A stretch of DNA of 61,066 bases, filler included. It is 3 parts of 3 records of this genome, joined end to end, with 100 filler letters (N's around TTAATTAATTAA, not from the genome) between each part and the next. Parts side by side here need not be neighbours in the genome. Positions count along the whole stretch, not along the records: positions 26,309 to 53,731 come from SRR20825006_1604; 2 more parts are not named here. One strand, written 5' to 3'. Both the position numbers and the translations under genes were made by a program. The notes under the pieces are model-generated. The model made no database searches. It saw only the letters and a program-made list of their open reading frames with translations, and was not told where the DNA came from. This document shows, one piece after another, positions 26,209 through 39,564 of this stretch (the stretch's first letter is position 1; the number at the start of each line of letters is the position of its first letter).

Positions 26209-26308
26209 NNNNNNNNNNNNNNNNNNNNNNNNNNNNNNNNNNNNNNNNNNNNTTAATTAATTAANNNNNNNNNNNNNNNNNNNNNNNNNNNNNNNNNNNN
26301 NNNNNNNN
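26209..26308. other. Artificial contig-joining linker
   Basis: 44 N + TTAATTAATTAA (stops in all six frames) + 44 N; genes on both sides are truncated. Confidence 0.97.
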
Positions 26309-26916
26309 AGCATGGTCGCCATGTTGGGCGCGATCATGCCCGAGCCCTTGGCGATACCGGCCAGATTGACGTCCGCGCCGTCGATCTTGGTCGCAAGCCC
26401 TGCGCCCTTGGGAAAAGTATCAGTCGTCATGAAGGCGCGTGCCGCAGCTTCCCAGTCAGGAGCCGAAAGCTTGCCCGCAAGATCGGGCACGAACGCGCCG
26501 ACATAGTTCGGGTCTGGCAAGGGTTCGCCAATCACGCCAGTCGCCGCGAGGAAACATTCCTGTTTTTCCACGCCGAGCGTTTCGGTCAGCGCCTTCAGGG
26601 TGGCCTCGTTCTTGAGCACACCCTTGGCACCGGTGAAGGCATTCGAGTTGCCCGAATTGGCGATCAGGGCCCGGGCCTTGCTGGCACCTGACTTCAAGGC
26701 CTCCCGGCACCAGATGACATCTGCCGACGCGGTATGAGACAGCGTGTACACGCCGGCGCAATGGGTGCCTTCCTCAAAGCTGAACAGGAACACGTCATCG
26801 CGCGTCATGCCACGTGCCGCGTAGAAGCCGCGCGAACCGGTGGCCGCGCGCACGCCCTTGACGACCGGCAGGTCTGGAAAGCGAGCCGGGGCGAAGGGAG
26901 ATGGGGTCAGTTTCAA
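26309..26916 (-). CDS. argJ: Ornithine acetyltransferase/N-acetylglutamate synthase ArgJ, 3'-truncated
   Basis: NSGNSNAFTG, TGVIG, MTTDTFPK, GIAKGSGMIAPNMATM. Confidence 0.95.
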
Positions 26917-27854
26917 AGTTCACGTCCTTGTTCATCAGATGCGGGCTGCTCTTTGAGGAGATCGCCCTCACTTTCAAGCGAAAGTGCAGCATCGGGGACA
27001 ATGTTTGTCGATTTCTCGCCCTTTTCGATCTGCGCTTCGGTGCGCAGGCGTCGCAGGATCTTGCTGACCTGGTTGAGCGTCAGGAAGGTCACGATCTCCG
27101 GCCGCATCTCGGCGCGGGTCTTGGGTGGGCTGGTTCGGCGATCCTTCACCTTCAACAGGTGCCAGCCATCGGCAGACAGGAAGGGTTCAGAGATTTCGCC
27201 GACCTTTGTGTTGGCGATCACGACCGGGAACGGATCTGCCATATTATTTGGCGCGACATAGCCCAGGTCACCATTTTCCATGCGCGTGGTGGTATCAAGC
27301 GAGTTGGAGACGACGAGGCTTTCAAACGAGGCGCCGTCCTGAATTTGCTGATGAAGTGCCCGGGCCTCTTCCTCGGTTTCAACCAAGATATGCGCGATCG
27401 AGACTTCGTCGTCCTCCTGCTGGAGGGCGACCTGCTCCTTGTACATGGCCTCGATACTGTCCTCGTTCACTTCAGACGCAACCAGGCTCTCCACGAGCAG
27501 ATTTCCGAGAATACGCTCGCGGGCAACTTCAAGCCGGCGCTCTGCTGCGGCGCCCTTGTCGAGCCGGCGGTTCAGCGCCTCTTGTGCCATCAATTTCTGG
27601 TCGATCAACTGGTCGAGGACGAGATCATAGTTTTCATCGCCGGGGCCGAACGCGTCGCCCGGTGAAATCAGGCCGCGCGCAACGGCCTCCAGCTCAACTT
27701 CGCTGACATAAATCGGATCGCCATTCACCGTGACGGCGGCTGCGGCCTCGACCTGAATGACGGGTTCTTCTTCAACTGGCCGGTTACAGGCGGGGACCAA
27801 TAAAAGCGCGGAAGCGGCAAGCAGTGCAGGCAAAGCGCGGGAAAAGGGCTTCAT
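26913..27854 (-). CDS. Parvulin/PpiC-type peptidyl-prolyl isomerase lipoprotein
   Basis: Lipobox LVPA-C; HILVETEEEA, GASFE, NGDLGY, GEISEP, GWHLLKV; start taken at ATG 27854. Confidence 0.88.
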   Translation of the reverse strand: MKPFSRALPALLAASALLLVPACNRPVEEEPVIQVEAAAAVTVNGDPIYVSEVELEAVARGLISPGDAFGPGDENYDLVLDQLIDQKLMAQEALNRRLDKGAAAERRLEVARERILGNLLVESLVASEVNEDSIEAMYKEQVALQQEDDEVSIAHILVETEEEARALHQQIQDGASFESLVVSNSLDTTTRMENGDLGYVAPNNMADPFPVVIANTKVGEISEPFLSADGWHLLKVKDRRTSPPKTRAEMRPEIVTFLTLNQVSKILRRLRTEAQIEKGEKSTNIVPDAALSLESEGDLLKEQPASDEQGREL

Positions 27855-28049
27855 AAGCAGCACGGTAAAGTCTCCTTTAGGCTGAGGGCGCTGCATTGAC
27901 ACCCCAATGCGGCGTTCTTAAGTCTGACCCGAACGCTGGTCGAGGGGTTTCAGCCAGCGAGTGTGCTGTGGGAGAACCCACAAATATTCTGCCGGTTCCG
28001 CTGTCAGGATTAGAGTTTTGTCGCCCCAGATCAATTGGTGCTACCTGAT

Positions 28050-30797
<2,748 letters not shown>

Positions 30798-30801
30798 TCC
30801 T

Positions 30802-31305
30802 TTGGCCCGGCTCATCGTGCTGTCGGGCTTGCCGGGCTCCGGAAAATCTACGCTTGCGAAAGGCCTGAGTGACCTCTCAGGCGCTATCCTTCTCAGGGTC
30901 GACGTATTCGAGCAGGATTTGCGCAACGTCAATAGCAGCGATTTTGATGTCGGCGCGCAAGGATACCAAATTGGCTACGACCATGCCCGGCGCCATCTTC
31001 TGGAAGGCAAAGACGTAATCGCCGACGCCGTTAATGCGGTGGAACCGGCACGCGAGGGCTGGAGAGCCATCGCTCAGGAAACAGGCACGCGCGTCATCGA
31101 GATCGAAATTGTGTGTACGAATGAAGACGAAGCCGCCATGAGGCTGCGCACTCGTGAGACGGGCATCGACGGCTTGCTGCCTATCAGTCTTCAAGAACGC
31201 CGCGAGCGTATCTGGGAGCCGAACCCCCAGATTTCAGGAACAGTCGATACGGCTGGCCGACCGATTGCAGACTGTGTGGATGATCTTTTCCACCTCGTAA
31301 AATAG
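30802..31305 (+). CDS. AAA_33-like P-loop kinase
   Basis: LSGLPGSGKSTLA Walker A; VIADAVN; IEIVC. Confidence 0.8.
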   Translation: MARLIVLSGLPGSGKSTLAKGLSDLSGAILLRVDVFEQDLRNVNSSDFDVGAQGYQIGYDHARRHLLEGKDVIADAVNAVEPAREGWRAIAQETGTRVIEIEIVCTNEDEAAMRLRTRETGIDGLLPISLQERRERIWEPNPQISGTVDTAGRPIADCVDDLFHLVK

Positions 31306-31325
31306 ATCGGGTAAAGCGCTAAATC

Positions 31326-31350
31326 GGAACCTCGTAGTAAACGCCGCGTT
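31326..31350 (+). promoter_or_regulatory. EcfG/SigT general-stress-response promoter
   Basis: GGAAC-N16-CGTT (GGAAC CTCGTAGTAAACGCCG CGTT), 32 nt before the small ORF. Confidence 0.7.
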
Positions 31351-31382
31351 CACCCTGATGAATACTCTCAAGGAGACTCATC

Positions 31383-31607
31383 ATGGGCCGCACGCTCACC
31401 GCCATCATCGCTTTCCTCTGCGTCGCATTCGTGATCGCACTCGGCTGGTTCTATCTGCAGGAAGGCTCATTCGAAGGCGCTGGCGCGCGCATGGACGCAA
31501 CGCTGGAAGATCTGCCCGAGGAAACATCCGAATTTGCGAATGAAGTGTCTGATGCGGCCGACGAGATTTCCGACGAGCTGGATCAGGATGGATCGCCCAA
31601 CCGGTAA
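31383..31607 (+). CDS. Small single-pass membrane protein (74 aa), acidic C-terminus
   Basis: AAGGAG RBS; N-terminal hydrophobic helix; EGSFEGAGARMD. Confidence 0.7.
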   Translation: MGRTLTAIIAFLCVAFVIALGWFYLQEGSFEGAGARMDATLEDLPEETSEFANEVSDAADEISDELDQDGSPNR

Positions 31608-31722
31608 CCACGTCACAAGATGACCGCAATGTAACCTTGGACTGGCCCCGGCTGCGCCCCACCTCCGCCGCGACCAGCGGGTCATAAACCGTGTCTCCAA
31701 TCTTTTTTTGGGGACCCCAAAC

Positions 31723-33114
31723 ATGACCGATACGTCTCAACCTCCATCGCCGTTCGCGAGCCTTGTGCCGCAACGGTCCGTCGGCCTGAAATTGTTGCTC
31801 GTCTGCGGACTTGCCCTCCTGATGGCCATTCCCGCCCTCTTCATACATTCCGTGGTCCAGGATCGCCGCATGGGCGCGGATCGCGCGCTTGCCGACGTCA
31901 GTGAAATGGTCGGAGGCCAACAATCCGTGCTGGGACCGGTCTTGTCCGTACCCTATTCACGCACCCTCGGCCCAAGGCACAATGAACTGGTTTACGGCTA
32001 TGTGGTCGCTTATGCCGATACCGGCACCGCCTCGGCCGATGTGGATGTTCAGATGCGTACCCGCGGCATTCACGCCATCCCTGTCTTCGATGCCACGATC
32101 AGCATGGACGCTGTATTCGATCCGGCGGCCTTGCGCGCCGCCTTGCCCGACGACGCCACCCCGATCTGGTCGGATGCCAGGGTCTATCTCGGGGTCTCGG
32201 ACACGCGCGGCATCCGGGATGCGATCACCGTCACAGCGAATGGCACGGACTTGGCCATCGAACCAACGCCCTATTACGCGTCCAATGCCGGCAAGTACCA
32301 ACCTGTGCCGCCCTCCGGTGTGACCCTTGCGGGCGGCCATATTGCTGGTCTCGAAACTGCCACATCACCGATCGCCTTGACCTCCAACATGCGCCTGTCC
32401 GGGGCCGAACGCCTATCCATTGCGCCATTTGCAAAGGATACGCGGGTCGACCTTGTGAGCAATTGGAATGATCCCAGCTTCCAGGGCGGCGTACTGCCCG
32501 AGCGCCATACGGCAGGCGACGGCCAGTCGGAAGGCTTCGAGGCGCATTGGCGCGTGCCCTATCTGGCCCGCGGCATTGCCGGCGCAGGGGCCAATCTCGA
32601 CCTTGGCGAACTGACCGAATGGAACCGTCGCGACATGGCTGTCCGGTTCATGAAGGAAGGCAATCCCTATCAGAGCGTCGAGCGCGCGTTGAAATATGCC
32701 GTCATGTTTGTCGGCTTCGTTTTCCTTGCCTACTTCCTGTTCGAAGTGACCAGCGCCGCACGCGCCCACCCCGCGCAATATGTCCTGGTCGGACTGGCAC
32801 AGACGATCTTCTACATCCTGCTGCTCGCCATGTCGGAGCGTATCGGCTTTGACGGAGCCTTCCTGATCGCCGCAAGCATGACCGTGCTGCTGACCGCCGC
32901 CTATGCGGCCAGCGTATTCCGCTCACGGCTCTATGGCCTGCGCGCGCTGGCCATCCTGTCCGGCATCTACACGCTGATCTATGTGCTGATGCGGGCCGAG
33001 AGCCATGCCTTGCTGGCGGGCGCTCTGGCAAGTTTCGCGGCCATCGCACTGACCATGTACATGACCCGCAACATTGACTGGTATGGTGAGCGGACCTCCG
33101 CCCCCGCTGCTTGA
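31723..33114 (+). CDS. creD: Inner membrane protein CreD
   Basis: [68 protein letters not shown]. Confidence 0.92.
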   Translation: MTDTSQPPSPFASLVPQRSVGLKLLLVCGLALLMAIPALFIHSVVQDRRMGADRALADVSEMVGGQQSVLGPVLSVPYSRTLGPRHNELVYGYVVAYADTGTASADVDVQMRTRGIHAIPVFDATISMDAVFDPAALRAALPDDATPIWSDARVYLGVSDTRGIRDAITVTANGTDLAIEPTPYYASNAGKYQPVPPSGVTLAGGHIAGLETATSPIALTSNMRLSGAERLSIAPFAKDTRVDLVSNWNDPSFQGGVLPERHTAGDGQSEGFEAHWRVPYLARGIAGAGANLDLGELTEWNRRDMAVRFMKEGNPYQSVERALKYAVMFVGFVFLAYFLFEVTSAARAHPAQYVLVGLAQTIFYILLLAMSERIGFDGAFLIAASMTVLLTAAYAASVFRSRLYGLRALAILSGIYTLIYVLMRAESHALLAGALASFAAIALTMYMTRNIDWYGERTSAPAA

Positions 33115-33148
33115 CATGGAGGGGGAAGTGCCCGAACGCCTAGGCCCT

Positions 33149-34099
33149 ATGATGACGACACTTCCCCCTGTTCGCGGCAAGCTGCTGAAGGACGCGAACC
33201 TCGCGCCCTATACCTGGTTCCGGGTGGGCGGGCCGGCCGACTGGCTGTTCCTGCCCGAAGACGAAGCCGACCTTGCCGGCTTCCTGAAGACGCTCGACCC
33301 GGCCATTCCGGTGACCGTACTCGGCGTTGGCTCGAATGTGATCGTGCGCGATGGCGGCATCGAGGGCGTGGTCATCCGCCTGATGGGAAAATACTGGGGG
33401 AGTGTGGAAGCCGGGGACGATTTGACCCTGACGGCGCGGCCGGGTGCACTGGACCTGTCGGTCGCCAAGACTGCCGCCCGGCACGGCATCAGGGGGCTGG
33501 AATTCCTGTCCGGCATTCCGGGATCGCTCGGCGGGGCGACCCGCACCAATGCCGGGTGCTATGGTCAGGAATTGCGGGACGTGCTGGTCGGCCTTGAAGC
33601 CTACCTGCGCGATGGCACCCATGTCGCCTATCGCGGGCCGGGCCGGGCCAGCAATCTGCCGGAAGCGCAGTTTTCCTATCGACACAGCGACCTGCCCACT
33701 GACCTGATCGTCACCAAGCTGACCCTGGAAGGCAGCGGCACAGGCGCACCAGACGCGATCCTTGCAGAAATCGAAGCCCTACAGGCCCGCCGGGCCGAGA
33801 CGCAGCCGATCAAGGACAAGACATCCGGATCCACGTTTGCGAACCCCGACCCGCCCGGCACGCCAAACCAGCGGTCCGCATGGAAACTGATTGACGCTGC
33901 GGGCTGCCGCGGCCTGAAGGTCGGCGGCGCACAGGTTTCGCCAAAGCACTGCAACTTCCTGATCAATACCGGCGATGCCACAGCCGCAGACCTCGAAGCG
34001 CTGGGCGAGCTTGTTCGCGCGCAAGTATGGGACTCTCAGGGCGTAAAGCTGCGCTGGGAAGTGCGCCGCATCGGCCGCATCAAGCCTCCCCTCCCCTGA
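33149..34099 (+). CDS. murB: UDP-N-acetylenolpyruvoylglucosamine reductase
   Basis: [51 protein letters not shown]. Confidence 0.96.
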   Translation: MMTTLPPVRGKLLKDANLAPYTWFRVGGPADWLFLPEDEADLAGFLKTLDPAIPVTVLGVGSNVIVRDGGIEGVVIRLMGKYWGSVEAGDDLTLTARPGALDLSVAKTAARHGIRGLEFLSGIPGSLGGATRTNAGCYGQELRDVLVGLEAYLRDGTHVAYRGPGRASNLPEAQFSYRHSDLPTDLIVTKLTLEGSGTGAPDAILAEIEALQARRAETQPIKDKTSGSTFANPDPPGTPNQRSAWKLIDAAGCRGLKVGGAQVSPKHCNFLINTGDATAADLEALGELVRAQVWDSQGVKLRWEVRRIGRIKPPLP

Positions 34100-34114
34100 T
34101 CAGGCACCGCGAAC

Positions 34115-36178
34115 CTAGAACTTGCCTTCCAGCTGGACTGTGACGATCGGGCCGAAATCCCGCGCGCGGTCTTCAACGCGCACGACATTGCCAAGGCGAT
34201 TTGTGTCGTACAATTGCCGGCGGAACGTATCATTCTGGTTCGCGACGTTCCCGATCATGGCCTGACCGGTCATGCCCCAAAGATCCTTGTGCTCGACATA
34301 GGCGAACCCAAATCCTGGGCGCGCCCCTTCCTGCCCTGTCTCGGACAGGCGGTAATACGGATTGCGTTCCCAGCGCTCGAACCCGACACCCCAGGCCCAA
34401 TCCGTTCTCGGAACATCCTGGCGCATCTCGGCGAGCATCCAGTATTTCGAACTGTCATTGATCGGCCTCACCTCTCCGGTGAGCGGGTCGCTCACTTCCG
34501 ACTCGAAATACTCGCCTTCAAAGGACAATTCCGCGCCGGCAAAACCGACTTTGTCGAATTTCAACGTGGCGTCCCACTCCGCTCCGACCCGCCAGGCCGA
34601 GTCGAGATTTCCGGGACCGTCGCCCGTCCCGATGGGTACACGGTCAACAATGTCCTCGATATCGGAATAGAAGACTTCGAGCGTCGCGGCGCCCCAGCCG
34701 CCATAATTCTTCTCGGCCTGGGCGCTCAGTCGCCAGCTCTGCTCAGGAACGATTTCAGGATTGCCATTCTCGCCGTTCCCGGCACTCAGATTGACCGATG
34801 AGACAAAATCGAAAAAGTCCAGCTGCCCCACTTCCCGCTCAAGGCGTGTGACCAGTTTCAATGACGGATCCACCTGCCAGGACAGGCTGGCGAAGCCTTT
34901 GGGTCGGGTGAAGGTCCGCACATTGGACGCATCGCCGGACTGGGAAAGTTCCGATATTTCAGCGCCCATGGAAACTTGCCCGGTCACTGAGGGGGAAAGC
35001 CGACGACCATGCGTCACGGAGACTTCTCCGCGCTGTTCCTCAACTCGTGAATTTGCGTTCGGCAGAGTCTGCAGCTCCAGCGGACTTCCACCATCGGAAC
35101 TGGCAAGAGAAGATTGCTGGTCCAGATAGTTGAAGGCTCCCTCCAGCGCGAATTGCCAGTCGTTTCCATTCTCAAATGCAAGACCATACTCCGTCCGGAG
35201 AATATATTCGCCCTCTTCAATATCGCGCGTGAACAGGCTTTCGGAAATATCCGTCCCATCAACATTACCGCGGAATACGCGGTCAATGATGGGGCTGTCC
35301 TCTCGGCGAACCAGGCCGATTGCCTTTAGCCGGCCCGGCCCAAAGCCAAATTCATAATCGCCACCGACTTCCACGAACACTTCATCCTCAGCGCCCTCAT
35401 ACAGGCGCCGCCCCTCTGGCCCGTTAACCGGAAAGAGTTTCGAGGTTTCTTTCCTGTCTGGCTGGAACAGTGTGGTCTTTGCGTTGAGATTTCCGATAGC
35501 CCCCGAGGCTGGCGTCCAGCCAACCGATCCGGATACGGAGACATATTCGGCGGCATAGGTGAAGTCTTCCTCACGGCGCTGTATCAGGTCGCCGATGCCG
35601 TCGGTGACAAATTCAGGACCGTTGGAGGCGCCGCGCTCCGGGCTGCTCTCAGCCTCGAATGACCAGCTGATATCCCCCTGCCCGCCGGATAGTGTGAGAT
35701 TGAGGCCGTTGTAGAACGGCGGGAGGTTGTCGCGGAACCGGGCACGCCAGCGCCAAGTGCCTGAGACCGCCCCATCTCCATTGGTGATGACATTCACGAC
35801 ATGCCCGGACAGGCCGGCAATTTCAAAGGCTGACGCATCGACCAGTTCGAGCCGCACAACGCTGGAGGCGGATATCCGGTCCAGCGACTCGGTCGCCCCA
35901 TTGGACTTTCCAGATACGCGCTGACCATTGATCAGCACATTCCCACTGGCCTGACCAAATCCGCGAGAGCCGTCATCATCGCCCTGGATCGAAAATCCCG
36001 GAATGCGCGAAACCATTTCGAGCGCCGTGCGCGGTGCATACTGACTGAAATCGTCCATCGTGTAGATGGTTGCACCGGGTGTGGTTTCCGGTGCCATATC
36101 CGCCACAGCCGACAGGGCGATGAATGATGTGGCCAAGCTGAAGCATGCACTGGCGGCAAGCCGTGTGAAAGGGATCAC
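34115..36178 (-). CDS. TonB-dependent receptor
   Basis: Signal peptide; plug APRTALEMVSRIPGF...NVLINGQR; GNPEIVPE; beta-strand C-terminus ending in F. Confidence 0.88.
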   Translation of the reverse strand: MIPFTRLAASACFSLATSFIALSAVADMAPETTPGATIYTMDDFSQYAPRTALEMVSRIPGFSIQGDDDGSRGFGQASGNVLINGQRVSGKSNGATESLDRISASSVVRLELVDASAFEIAGLSGHVVNVITNGDGAVSGTWRWRARFRDNLPPFYNGLNLTLSGGQGDISWSFEAESSPERGASNGPEFVTDGIGDLIQRREEDFTYAAEYVSVSGSVGWTPASGAIGNLNAKTTLFQPDRKETSKLFPVNGPEGRRLYEGAEDEVFVEVGGDYEFGFGPGRLKAIGLVRREDSPIIDRVFRGNVDGTDISESLFTRDIEEGEYILRTEYGLAFENGNDWQFALEGAFNYLDQQSSLASSDGGSPLELQTLPNANSRVEEQRGEVSVTHGRRLSPSVTGQVSMGAEISELSQSGDASNVRTFTRPKGFASLSWQVDPSLKLVTRLEREVGQLDFFDFVSSVNLSAGNGENGNPEIVPEQSWRLSAQAEKNYGGWGAATLEVFYSDIEDIVDRVPIGTGDGPGNLDSAWRVGAEWDATLKFDKVGFAGAELSFEGEYFESEVSDPLTGEVRPINDSSKYWMLAEMRQDVPRTDWAWGVGFERWERNPYYRLSETGQEGARPGFGFAYVEHKDLWGMTGQAMIGNVANQNDTFRRQLYDTNRLGNVVRVEDRARDFGPIVTVQLEGKF

Positions 36179-36253
36179 GCTGCGTATCCTCCCCGCAGAT
36201 GTCTGGAAAAAATCCGGTGTCTCACCACCGCGTCTATGTCGAATATCGATATT

Positions 36254-36269
36254 GACTACATACGTAGTC
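36254..36269. promoter_or_regulatory. Palindromic operator upstream of the TonB-dependent receptor
   Basis: GACTAC-ATAC-GTAGTC in the TBDR/ddl divergent intergenic region. Confidence 0.5.
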
Positions 36270-36339
36270 TAAATATGGCAACAGGCCCAAACCTATATTT
36301 TTTGTCATCCTGCCGAGAAAAGGTTTTGTAGCTGCCACG

Positions 36340-36355
36340 CTAAGGCCGCTTTAAC
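36340..36355 (+). promoter_or_regulatory. CtrA-like box upstream of ddl-ftsQ-ftsA
   Basis: CTAA-GGCCGCT-TTAAC, one mismatch to TTAA-N7-TTAAC. Confidence 0.6.
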
Positions 36356-36403
36356 CCTGCAGACGCGATGTATAGTCAGAACGCCAGCTTGCAGGAAAAT
36401 CTC

Positions 36404-37312
36404 ATGAAACGTGTTGCCGTGATCTATGGAGGCTGGTCGTCCGAGCGGGACGTGTCGCTCACCTCGGGCAAGCAGATGGCGAGTGCGGCGCGCACGGCCG
36501 GGTATGATGTTGTTGAAATTGATGCCGGTCGTGACCTCGCTGCGCAACTGACCGATGCGAAACCGGACGCGGTGCTGAATGGCCTGCACGGACCTTGGGG
36601 CGAGGATGGGTGTGTGCAGGGCGTACTGGAAGTGCTGGGCCTGCCCTATTCCCATTCAGGCGTATTGTCCTCGGCGCTCGCCATGGACAAGCTGAAGTCG
36701 AAAGCGGTCTTCCGGCAGGCGGGCATTCCGATTGCGGAAGACAAGCAGGTCACCCGCGCAGAAGCGGCTGCCGCGCATCCTCTCAAGCCCCCTTATGTGA
36801 TCAAGCCGGTCGCGGAAGGATCGAGTTTTGGCGTGCTGATCGTGCGCGAGGGTGCCAATGGGCCGGCCAAGGAGCTGACCGGGCCGAACTGGCATTATGG
36901 CGACCATCTGATGGCCGAGGAATTCATCCCCGGCCGTGAGTTGACCGTGGCCGTGCTGGGCGACCGAGCACTGGCTGTCACAGAGATCACGACCTTAAGA
37001 GACTATTACGATTTTGATGCAAAATATGAAGCTGGTGGATCGCAGCATGTGATCCCGGCAGACCTGCCTGCCCCTGTGACCCAAGCCGCAATGGAATTTG
37101 CGCTGAAGGCACACCAGGCGCTCGGTTGCCGGGGCGCGACGCGGTCCGACTTTCGCTATGACGACAAGAGAGACCGGCTCGTGATCCTGGAAACAAATAC
37201 ACAACCCGGCATGACGCCCACCTCGCTTGTCCCCGAACAGGCCGCTTTCGTTGGTATGTCCTTCGAACAGCTGGTCGCCTGGATGATCGAGGATGCTTCA
37301 TGCCAAAGGTAA
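36404..37312 (+). CDS. ddl: D-alanine--D-alanine ligase
   Basis: [45 protein letters not shown]. Confidence 0.97.
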   Translation: MKRVAVIYGGWSSERDVSLTSGKQMASAARTAGYDVVEIDAGRDLAAQLTDAKPDAVLNGLHGPWGEDGCVQGVLEVLGLPYSHSGVLSSALAMDKLKSKAVFRQAGIPIAEDKQVTRAEAAAAHPLKPPYVIKPVAEGSSFGVLIVREGANGPAKELTGPNWHYGDHLMAEEFIPGRELTVAVLGDRALAVTEITTLRDYYDFDAKYEAGGSQHVIPADLPAPVTQAAMEFALKAHQALGCRGATRSDFRYDDKRDRLVILETNTQPGMTPTSLVPEQAAFVGMSFEQLVAWMIEDASCQR

Positions 37313-38178
37313 CCCGCAATCAGACTGTGCCAAAGTCCAAGAAGAAGGCGAGCCGCCGCCCTGCTGTCATCGTAGATGAAGTGACGGGTGAAGAGGTTCG
37401 CGTTTCGTCCGTCGTCTTTGGTTTTGTCATGCTTGTGGCGATTGTCGTGGCAACCGCTGCCTGGATGGGCGGCTCGATATCCCAGGTCGAGAACCGCTTT
37501 GCCAGCTTCATGGACGACACGGCGCGAACGGTCGGCATTTCCGTCAATGACGTGTCCATCATCGGGCTGGAACAGGATCCGGCCCTCGCACAGGATATTC
37601 GCGCCGCCGCCATGATCGAGCCCGGCGAGAACATGTTTCGCGCAGACCCGCATGTCATCCGTCGCCGGGTCGAAGGCACCCACAAGGTGCTGAATGTGCG
37701 CGTCCATCGACTCTGGCCGGACCAGGTCGTAATCATCGCGGACGCCGCCGAGCCGGTTGCGCTGTGGCATGACGGCAAGGCATGGACCGTCGTTGACGGT
37801 CTGGGTCGCGTCATTCCGGACGCCCGCGCCGATGACCACAAGGACCTCATCCGTCTGGCGGGTCGCGGCGCCGCCAAGGCCGCCCCGGCCCTCGTAACTG
37901 CCCTCAAAGCTGAGCCGGACGTCGCGCCGCGCATCGCGATCGCTACCCGCATCAATGATCGCCGCTGGGACATGCGTCTTGTCTCCGGCGCAACGGTCCG
38001 CATGCCGGAAGATCACCAGATGGTGGCTGCGCTGGACAGCCTGTCGACCCTGCAGGTGCGCACAGCGCTGATGCAGCGCCCGCTAGAGACCATCGACCTG
38101 CGCAATAAAGGCCGGGTCTATCTGGACCCGGTGAACGATCCTGACTTCACAGCACGCAAAGAGGCGGCCCGGAGCTGA
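37300..38178 (+). CDS. ftsQ: Cell division protein FtsQ
   Basis: Single TM, POTRA-like region, RRWD, IDLR; located between ddl and ftsA. Confidence 0.9.
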   Translation: MPKVTRNQTVPKSKKKASRRPAVIVDEVTGEEVRVSSVVFGFVMLVAIVVATAAWMGGSISQVENRFASFMDDTARTVGISVNDVSIIGLEQDPALAQDIRAAAMIEPGENMFRADPHVIRRRVEGTHKVLNVRVHRLWPDQVVIIADAAEPVALWHDGKAWTVVDGLGRVIPDARADDHKDLIRLAGRGAAKAAPALVTALKAEPDVAPRIAIATRINDRRWDMRLVSGATVRMPEDHQMVAALDSLSTLQVRTALMQRPLETIDLRNKGRVYLDPVNDPDFTARKEAARS

Positions 38179-39473
38179 TGGCAAACGTTCAGGCCCGGCG
38201 TAAGCCTCTTGTGGGGTCGCGCACGTCCAGCCCCGTTGCGGCGCTGGACATCGGTTGTTCGAAAATCACGTGCCTGATAGGCCGAAATGACGGCACCGGC
38301 CCCCGCAATTTCCAGATCCTTGGCGCAGGGCGCCAACAATCTCGCGGTTTCAGTGGCGGCACGATCACCGACATGCAGGGTCTCGAACGCTCGATCCGTC
38401 TGGCCGTCGAAGATGCCGAGCGCGAAGCGGGCGAGCAGATCAATCAGGTCATGCTGGGCATAACTGGGCCGAAACTGAATTGCCAACTGGTCACCGCGAC
38501 CACCGAGATCGGCGCCCGCGAGGTGACCCCCAAGGACATCCGCCGGGTTCAGGCTCAGGCCATGGCGCAGATCTCAACCAAGGGCTCCGATGTGCTTGCT
38601 GCCTGGCCGGTTGCCTACCGCGTGGATGCGCAGGAAGGCGTGCGTGAGCCCGCCGGAATGTACGCAGACACACTCGGCCTGATGCTGTCTGTGGTCACCG
38701 CGCCCAAGTCCATCGTCCGGAATCTGGTCGAATGCGTCGGCCGCGCGCATCTCAGCGTCGATGCCCTGATCCCCTCCTCCATTGCCAGCGGTGCAGGCAC
38801 GCTGATCGACGACGAAATCGAGAATGGTGCCATCTGTATCGACATGGGCGCCGGCGTTACGGCGGTCTCAGTCTATCTGAACGGCTCGCCCGCATGGCTT
38901 GGCCTTATCCCGGCTGGTGGCACACATGTGACCTCCGATATCGCGCAGGGCATCGGCACGACATTCGCCGCCGCCGAGCGCCTCAAAAGTGTCTATGGCA
39001 CCGCCAACCTCGAAGGCCCGGGCCTGGCAGAACGGATTGAGGCCCCTCGCCTGGGTGATGATGGCCGTCTGCAAGCCACCCGGATGGAACGGGGCAAGCT
39101 CGCTGAAATCATCGCGCCGCGCGTCGAGGAAATCTTCGAATATGTTCAGCAAACCCTGCAAGGCAGTGGTGTACGCAAAGTACTGCCACGCCGCGTGGTG
39201 CTGACCGGCGGCGCGAGCCAGTTGCCGGGCGTTCGCGACGTCGCCACGCGCATCCTTGAAGCGCAGGTGCGGCTCGGCCGTCCGACAAATGCTGAGTTCC
39301 TTGGCGAAACACTGGGAACACCAGCTTTTTCTACAGCTTCAGGTCTGCTACTGTATCCCGAGTTGGGGTTCGCAGACGCAGTACGGGCTGGCATTGCGTC
39401 AAAGGAATACGGAGCAGAAGCCCGAAGCGGAGCCGTGAACAAGGCGTTCCATTGGTTGAAAGAAAATTTCTGA
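38178..39473 (+). CDS. ftsA: Cell division protein FtsA
   Basis: ALDIGCSKI, IDMGAGVT, GGTHVTSDIA, VLTGGASQL, C-terminal WLKENF. Confidence 0.97.
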   Translation: MANVQARRKPLVGSRTSSPVAALDIGCSKITCLIGRNDGTGPRNFQILGAGRQQSRGFSGGTITDMQGLERSIRLAVEDAEREAGEQINQVMLGITGPKLNCQLVTATTEIGAREVTPKDIRRVQAQAMAQISTKGSDVLAAWPVAYRVDAQEGVREPAGMYADTLGLMLSVVTAPKSIVRNLVECVGRAHLSVDALIPSSIASGAGTLIDDEIENGAICIDMGAGVTAVSVYLNGSPAWLGLIPAGGTHVTSDIAQGIGTTFAAAERLKSVYGTANLEGPGLAERIEAPRLGDDGRLQATRMERGKLAEIIAPRVEEIFEYVQQTLQGSGVRKVLPRRVVLTGGASQLPGVRDVATRILEAQVRLGRPTNAEFLGETLGTPAFSTASGLLLYPELGFADAVRAGIASKEYGAEARSGAVNKAFHWLKENF

Positions 39474-39483
39474 TGCCAATCGC

Positions 39484-39506
39484 GAGTCACTTAACCGCTT
39501 CTTAGC
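39484..39506 (+). promoter_or_regulatory. ftsZ promoter: GANTC site next to a CtrA-like box
   Basis: GAGTC (39484-39488), then TTAA-CCGCTTC-TTAGC (39491-39506). Confidence 0.6.
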
Positions 39507-39564
39507 TGCAACGCGTCATTTTAGCGCTTCAGCATGGCTTATGGCGGTAAGGTGAGGACGACGA

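Noticed and set aside
26253-26264. TTAATTAATTAA as a biological site, and ORFs running into the N runs
   Set aside because: Synthetic six-frame stop linker, repeated identically at 53776-53787
31604-31635. GTAAC/GTCAC repeats before creD as a CreB box
   Set aside because: Spacing does not fit the TTCAC-N6-TTCAC direct repeat
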